The position numbers were made by a program, and so were the translations under genes. A stretch of 64,000 nt of DNA from Callorhinchus milii (taxonomy: Eukaryota). Shown piece by piece: positions 56,737-64,000 of this stretch. The stretch is from assembly GCF_018977255.1 (NCBI RefSeq), contig NW_024704759.1, positions 8,246,001-8,310,000 on the forward strand, read 5' to 3'. Under the pieces are notes generated by a model. The model ran no database searches and was not told the origin of the DNA. It saw nothing but the letters and a program-made list of their open reading frames with translations. Every line of letters starts with the position of its first letter. The stretch's first letter is position 1.

Positions 56737-59700
56737 AAGATCAGAGCAGAATAGTTGGAAGAAAACAGCACAAGTAAGGGAATTGAATGAATACTTTGAT
56801 TGTATTTGGAAAGTGTGGGAAAAGAGCAGGGGAAACGGTTATAGAATACTTACTAGTAATCCGTGCATTTGATATAGGGCCTTTCATATCGGGAGGAAGT
56901 TTCAAAGTGCTTCAGAGGATATATTGATTTAATGTAAAGTCCAGTGACCATGCATTTTGCAGACAAATTGTAAAAGGGCAGGGGAATGCGCTTAAAGTAA
57001 ATAGCATCATTAAAAGAGCTATCACCAGCACAGACACGATTCACTGAGTGGCCTCCTGTGCTATAAACAATGCTATATTCTGTACTATATTCAAGCGCAT
57101 CCCTGAATTGGAGCAGGTACAGAATTTCCCATTTAGAAAAATGGTTTGTTAGTTACAGTAGGATGTGGGGTGTTGGACTGAAAAATAGATTACCCACTGA
57201 TATAAGACTATCGTAATCTTAAAACCACAGAAGCATCCTGACCTCTAGTCATGGGATATGTGGGCAGACGTGAGAACACCAATTTGTTTCATATCATTGC
57301 CCTTCGCACTCAGAATTCCAGATGTAACTGTGGTTTTGTACAGGAATATAAATATTTCTCAGTTCTGTTGATCATTGGAGACTTATCAGCGGACAAAGTC
57401 GTGGGAGAGCAGCCTGGGTGTAATCTCGCACTGGCAGACAGAGAGTGAAAAAGGATCACAGGAGGGATAATTGAAATTGGGAATGATTTGTGATAAAAGC
57501 TCCAATTACTATAATACTTAATAGTACTGAATACTAATAATCCTTGCATTTGGTATCGCGCCTCATCACATCGTTGAGACGTCTCAAAGTGTTTAACAGG
57601 ATATACCGTAAAGTGGATTGAGTGTGTATTTTGTGGGTGAAACTGTGCAGCGTGCCCTCAGCCCTGCACAGACGTGTCAGGCGAGACTGTGAGTTTCAAG
57701 TGTTGAGGTGAGACTGCGACTAACTGAGCCAGGCAAGACGCCAATTGGTTGGGACGCGAGAGAGTGAGGGAGCGATGCTGAACGTAAAAAAATACAAGAC
57801 CGGAATAAAGACGGCAATTACAGGAGGAGGGAGATGCGAGTAATTAATGGGAGGTTGCAGTGCAACGAGAAAACCGAGGCGTAATTGGCTTAGTGGTTCT
57901 GGTGAGATCGTAGGTGGTGAGATACAAGCTGCTGTTAAGCTGTTGGCTGAGAGAGCTGCAGATGACTAGGGGTGGAATTCAGCAGCCTCTCACAGGATGC
58001 TATTCAATACTTTTGTCAGCCGTCCAACAAAACTTGTTAACCTCTTAAGAGGATTTGTTAAGATAAAATTGAGTTGCTCTCATTGCATCATCATCATCAT
58101 CATCACCAATAACAACAACTTGCATTTACAGAGCGCCCTTCGCAAAGGGGCAGGGGCCTGGAGCGCTGTACAGTAGATGTCACGGCAATTTAAATTATAT
58201 TGTAACTTTTATGTCGAGGAACACTCACTTCTGTCATTGTGTATGTACATCAGCCCATCTTCCCTAAAAAGCGAGCATTTCTATAGCATCGCTCGTGCAG
58301 GGTAGTGTCACAGAGCACTTAAATAAGGATAACCCTTAAAGAGAAGCAGACATGTATTTTTTCAAAGTGCTCCCCACATTTCCTGAAGGAAAATTAGTGC
58401 CAACAGAACTTGTTCTTTTCGCCTGTTTTCTGCTCACTCAGTCAGGTCATTCACTGTTGACTGGCAGCGCCTTTCCCCTTAACCTTGCAATCTGATATCC
58501 CTGCAAAGCCATTGATGAGGTTTAACGTTGCAGGAGTGCTGACTTAATGCTCCAGGGTGCAGAGTGAGCAGGCGGCGTGTAAACATATTCAGTTCTCCTC
58601 TCCCACCACTCGCAAGTCCCGCGATTGCAATCCTGGTTCTCTCCAGTGGCACTCAATAAGCCGCTGCCACAAAGTGTTGAGGAAAGGATAACGAGGGCAG
58701 TGGGCGTCCTCCCGATTACTCCCACAATCCCGTCCTGTCTAGCACAGATTGGAAACCAGAAATCCACATTAGAAGAGGGAGATAGGCAGCCCTAGCAATA
58801 CATAGTAAAGTAATATTAGCATCCTTACAGCTTGTCCTTTTCACCACTCGGAGTGCTTGCAGTAGCAGAGGCAGAGTTAGGTCAGGGGTGCTCTATTTAT
58901 AAAGCTGCTTTGGCAGCCCAGCTCCCCTCAGGCTGCCTCCCAGGAGGTCATGTTTGCTCCAAGCTTCCTCCGCCACTGAATCTACATGATAGCAAAGTTG
59001 TTTATTTTTCCCTCATGTCAGGAAGGTACATTTCTAAATAAGAGCTCCCTTTGTACAAACAGAAAATACTACTCACAGTTAATCTCCCTGGCATTTCACA
59101 TGATCCAACAGCCTTCCTCTCTGTACTACGGATAGTTTCCATTTTATTTGATAGGAAAGCAAGTTAAAGAGATTCTGGTAAAGCTTTAAATAATTATAAT
59201 AATCCTTACATTTGGTATAGCACCATTCATATCAGGATTTTAAAAGCCCTTCAGTGGATACTCTGTAAAGTGCAGGGACTGTGTGTTTGGAGTGGGGGTG
59301 GTGAACGTCTTGCCTGAATATGGATTAGTGCCCAGTCTACCAAGTGCCCTTCTTTTAGTTATGCAGCTGTTTGTTTGCAGTTTAGTTGCTTTGATTCCAG
59401 ATAGAGAGTGATCCGAGACATTAAACCATGGATCCCAACTGTCTGATCAGGTGGATGGTAAAGATCCCTGGGTTTTGGAGGTGGAGAATAGAAAAACATC
59501 CTTCTTTTCAAAAAAAACATGTGATAGGAGCATAGATTCTGCATCTTTTCACAGTTTTGCTTTTTGCCCTCATCCCCTAATGATACATTTATAAAATGTA
59601 TTCTCAAATAATCCCAATTTCATCATTAGTTATACTGACCCTTCTGAAGCCATTTAAATTTTCTCTCTATCAGAAGCGACCTTTTACTTAAAATTCTGCG

Positions 59701-59849
59701 TACTCTGGGTGTTGAATAAATAGAACTTGTGGGGGAAAGAGGTAGGGAGGGAAGTTTGTTTAACTTCTGGTTAATCATAACCNNNNNNNNNNNNNNNNNN
59801 NNNNNNNATATAATATTTGTAATATTTTTCACATTCTCTGTGCCTTCCC

Positions 59850-61090
59850 TCGTCTCCCCCTCTCTCTCTCTCGAAGAGCTACGGCAATACTCCTGCAGTT
59901 CCATCCATGAACTCCATCGCCGGCAATGGCGAGTTCCGACTGCGGACGGAAACGGTGAGATGACTCGAACGGGACCACCGGTCGCCAATGTGGTGGAACA
60001 AGCGGACACTATTCGCTCGGGTCGCATTACCTGTGGGACAGCGATGTACCGTAATATCGAGCGACAAACTTAAAACGTGGCCATTCGCGGACCACGGCTC
60101 ACGTTGAGAAGGGCTTATTCAGTCGTTCGACTGAGGCCCTTTTAAGCGCGGTATGAAACGGACGTCGTACCGGGGTGTATCGGAGCCTTGAGATGTCCCC
60201 CACCCCACCCCCACCCCCCCACCACCCCACCCACCGCCCCCTCCGACGTGAAAGACACGATACAAATCGCAGAACGCACGTATCTACTGTATGTCTTAGA
60301 AACTTGTAGAAAACAACCCCCACCCCCTCCCCAACCCCCCTCCCCAACCGCCACCCCAACCCCCACCCCTCCCCAACACTTACCCCCTCCCCAACCGCCA
60401 CCCCCTCCCCAACACTTACCCACCCTCCCCCCTCCCCAACCGCCACCCCAGCCCTCAACCCCCACCCCAACACTTACCCCCCCCCCCCCCACCCCAACAC
60501 TTACCCCCCTCCCCTCGGTGAGTGGCGAACTCGCGAAAAGAAAATCCGTCGGTGGGGGGGAGGGGGGGGAGGGGGGGCAGCGCCGCTCCAAACCAGGAAA
60601 CAGACGCGAGGCAAAACCCCCCCCACCCCCAGCACCAGCGCCTCGTCCGGTACCGGGCGGCGCGCGACGGCCGAGACCTCACGGGATTGCAAAAGGTTTT
60701 ATTATTATTTGTGTGTGTGAGTGTGTGTGTGAGTGAGAGAGAGGGAGAGAGGGAGAGAGAGAGAGAGGGAGAGTGTGCGGGTCTCTGAGTGGTTGGGAGA
60801 CTCCTTTACAAAGATGGCCGCGGTGCGGCTTCACGGCTTTGACAGCTGGAGGTGATGATGATGATGGTGGTGGCGGCGGTGATGATGGTGAGAGCGCAGA
60901 GAGACTCCCCTTCACTAAGATGCCCGACCCCCCCCCCCCCCCCCCCCGGGTGAGTGACCTCAGTGTCTCTCGGTGTGAGCGGTGAGGGCGGCGGTGGCGG
61001 TGGCGGTGTTCCGGCGGCTCTCAATCCGGGAATCAAAACCGAAAGTGACGGGAAACAGCTTTTTGTATAAAGGAGAGAGGAGCGACTGCA
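59850..61090. promoter_or_regulatory. CpG island, probably a bidirectional promoter, with an ISRE-like site
   Basis: High CpG density; CAAAACCGAAAGTG at 61034-61047; AAGATGGCCGC YY1-type motif at about 60811; splice donors on both strands. Confidence 0.55.
60310..60512. repeat. C-rich short tandem repeat with four CCAACACTTACCC units
   Basis: Read directly. Confidence 0.85.
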
Positions 61091-62020
61091 CCNNNNNNNN
61101 NNNNNNNNNNNNNNNNNNNNNNNNNNNNNNNNNNNNNNNNNNNNNNNNNNNNNNNNNNNNNNNNNNNNNNNNNNNNNNNNNNNNNNNNNNNNNNNNNNNN
61201 NNNNNNNNNNNNNNNNNNNNNNNNNNNNNNNNNNNNNNNNNNNNNNNNNNNNNNNNNNNNNGCCAAAACTCCTCCAAATAAGATAGGTATTCACTTTGTG
61301 GCACACTGCTGTGCGCAAATTGGCTGCTGTGTTTGCGCCTACAAAACACATCGTCACTGTGCGTTTTTTTTATATAGTAAATCCTGTGAAACTATTTGGG
61401 ACATCGTCCCGACATGCAGGATTATTGTTAATATTATTAATTATCACGTGTTTTGGCTTCAGAAGGTGCGACCGTTTGAAAGTTCTAAAGGGTTAAAAGC
61501 ACAGCAGCCAAATTCCGTCACGACATGTGTTAATTTCACCCGGCTAGATCTGCGAGCGTAGAGCAACTAGGTCAGCTATTTTTTTTGTTTGATTAGATGA
61601 AAGGAGAAATACACGATATGCTGAATGGTCTGGTTACCTGTAAACATGTACGAGAAGCACTTTGACACTTTACACTCTGAATGTCCCCTTCCACGTTAAT
61701 TTATGTTACACGTGATCCTTCCAGACCTGCTCAGGTCAGCCTCCAAGGCTCCAATTCTGGGGAACTCCATTGGGGAGACATTCCACCTGGGTTGAGATTG
61801 ACTCCATTCGTGTAATTATTATTATGTAGCACTTTACAGGATGCAGAATCTGGTTAACTCCTAAATACAGCCAATTAAAGCCAAGTTAAGACTGTCCTCA
61901 ACAATTTGTAAAATACTGAACGTTGTTAAATAATAATAATAATAATCCTTGTATGTGATATAGCGCTTTTCACGTCGGGAGGACGTCCCAAAGCGCTTCA
62001 CAGAACACACTGTGAACACA

Positions 62021-62400
62021 CTAGCTCAGTGGTTAGAGCACTCGCTTTGCAAGTGAGAGACCTGAGTTCAATTCCAGGCAGAGGGCGAAACCTTGGGCAA
62101 GTTTCCTTACTCCACACAGAGCCTAATAATAATCCCTCCAAAACCAAAAACAATAATAAATTGGTCATTTTCAATCTACGACTGTTTGTGGGACATTGCT
62201 GTGCGCAATTGGCTGCTGCGTTCGCCCACAAATATAGTCAATTCACTTTAGTGTATTCTGTGAAGCGCTTTGGGACGTCCTCCCGACGTGAAAAGCGCTA
62301 TATCAAATGCAAGGATTATTATTATTATATTCTGTGAAGCACTTTGAAACTTCTCGAAGATGTGATAAGGTGCTATATCAAATGCAAGGATTATTATTAT
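62021..62400 (+). mobile_element. Near-full-length SINE with a second tandem tail, preceded by an inverted tail at 61929-62013
   Basis: ctagctcagtggttagagcactcgctttgcaag head; two consecutive tails. Confidence 0.9.
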
Positions 62401-64000
62401 CTTATATTCATGTCTATCTGGGCATTAGACTGCAAACAGTAGGCATTTGCTACATCAACTTGGGGGTGTGGGTGGAGGAGGGGAGATAAAATAACTTACC
62501 ATTTCTAGCAGAATTCTAATCTATTTCAACAGGTTTCTGGCTTTTGCCTTTGTGGATCTGAATCAACCAAACTATTAAGCCTGTTGCTAAAATTGAAGTA
62601 GGAGCTGAGAGAGAGAACGAAACAGACGGTTTCCCCTCCCGGACTGAAACTGTCCAAATAAATGTCAAAATGACTGCATAATATTGTGCAGACACCAAAA
62701 CCAAAGGCCCCCGAGCAAAATCGTCTAAATTCAACCCAGGATGTTTTGGCATTTTTAAAAAAAAAAGTAAAACCAAATTTAGTGCAACTGGATTAGCGCA
62801 CGTGACAGCAGGGTCTTTAAAACGTGTTCTTGCTTCGACTGCCAAGAGCTTGAATTTACAGGCTGGGCTTGCTGTGTCCATCCACGTGTGGTCTTTAAGC
62901 TTCAAAGCCTACAGCAAGAAGCCTGACAGTTGAGGCTAGCAGAAACATTTTTGAGTTCAAGATAATTGGGCCGATAGGCTTGTTGCTGTATCGCATCACG
63001 CCACTCTCGTGGAAAGCTATGAAGCTTATCTGCACTCCTCCCTTTTTTTTTCACATGTACAGCCAGCTTGCAGACGCCCATAGCTGTCTGAAAGAGCAAG
63101 CTTTCGCTGCAGTTAATAAAGCAGCTGGCGTCTTAAAAGTAGCGTGCTCAAAACAAATGCAAGATGTAACCTGACTGCAAAATATAGGCCATACCTGACC
63201 CACACACCTCTAAGCCTACAAATGTCACTTCGTATTTGCTATGGCAGGAATGCTTCAATCTTTGAATCTTTATCCCTTTCCCCAATAAGTCAACTTAAAA
63301 CACAATTGCAAGTTCTTCGCCCAAACCTTTCCCCTCCCCCTGACAGACAAATGATCCAGATATTTGCATCAGCCCCAGGACAGTCTTTGCCGTCTGTACA
63401 GCACTTAATCAGCGACCAAAACCAGCCTGTTCATAGATCTAGCTAAGCCCTGAAAGGACAAATGAAAAACATTTATTAATAATCCTTGCATTTGAATGGT
63501 GCATTTGACATCCAGGAAGATGTTTCAAAGTGTTTCGCTGCATTTGTAGTCAAACTAGTGACTACACTGCCTTTAATAAACTATGGAGTTGTTTCACTTG
63601 GAAGGGAGCTCATGAGTTATTGCATTTTGAGTAGTTCGCATTCAACTTGATCATAAAATATCTTTACGTTTTGATATAGCATTTTCACATTGGGAGGACA
63701 TTAAAAAGTGCTTCACAGGATTCACTGTAAAGTGTAGTGACTGAGTTTTGCAGGTGAACGCAGCAGGCAATTTGTGCACCGCAATGTACCACAAACACGC
63801 CCATGAAGTGAATGATCAATTTTACTTGGGGGTGGTTTGTTGGTCAGCACACTGGGAGAAGCGCCCTCCATATTGTAATTCGCTGCTAAGCATGAGGCCC
63901 CCGAATTGTTCTAGATTAAATATTAATTTGTAATATCAACGACTGGCAATTTGTGATTAAATAAATAAAGGAAAAGCTATTGCTTCCAGAGACGTTTCCA

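Noticed and set aside
59877-59954. 78-nt plus-strand exon-like segment in the CpG island
   Set aside because: No recognisable peptide in any frame and no linked exons
53300-64000. SNORD12-family snoRNAs / ZFAS1 expected from mammalian synteny
   Set aside because: No SNORD12-like guide or C/D box arrangement recognised by eye; one could be hidden in N-gaps or outside the window

Overview
Vertebrate genomic DNA, most likely a cartilaginous fish (holocephalan / elephant-shark-like, inferred from its tRNA-derived (ATT)n-tailed SINE, L2/CR1 LINEs and ancient DeuSINE/AmnSINE-like repeats). Two multi-exon protein-coding genes lie on the minus strand, and both could be spliced by hand into uninterrupted frames: CCNDBP1 (11 coding exons, 15839-5609, 342 aa, one GC-AG intron) and ZNFX1 (13 coding exons, 42326-19807, 1965 aa; SF1/UPF1-like helicase, NF-X1 zinc fingers, RING-like and RZ fingers). 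A decayed Ty3/Gypsy element (34993-40739) sits antisense in a ZNFX1 intron. A decayed retrovirus-like element (about 44811-47366; Gag MHR, CCHC knuckle, splice acceptor, TM-glycoprotein remnant, 3' LTR) lies antisense upstream of the first coding exon. Upstream CpG islands carry a perfect GAS site (53278) and an ISRE-like site (61034), each next to a candidate non-coding first exon. Other notable items: an L2 insertion carrying a copy of CCNDBP1-upstream DNA, repeated L2 targeting of one SINE position, G-rich minisatellites on both sides of the CCNDBP1 promoter, and a U2 snRNA 5' fragment. Several N-gaps at 52.8-61.3 kb limit interpretation. All calls come from manual reading; no database searches were run.
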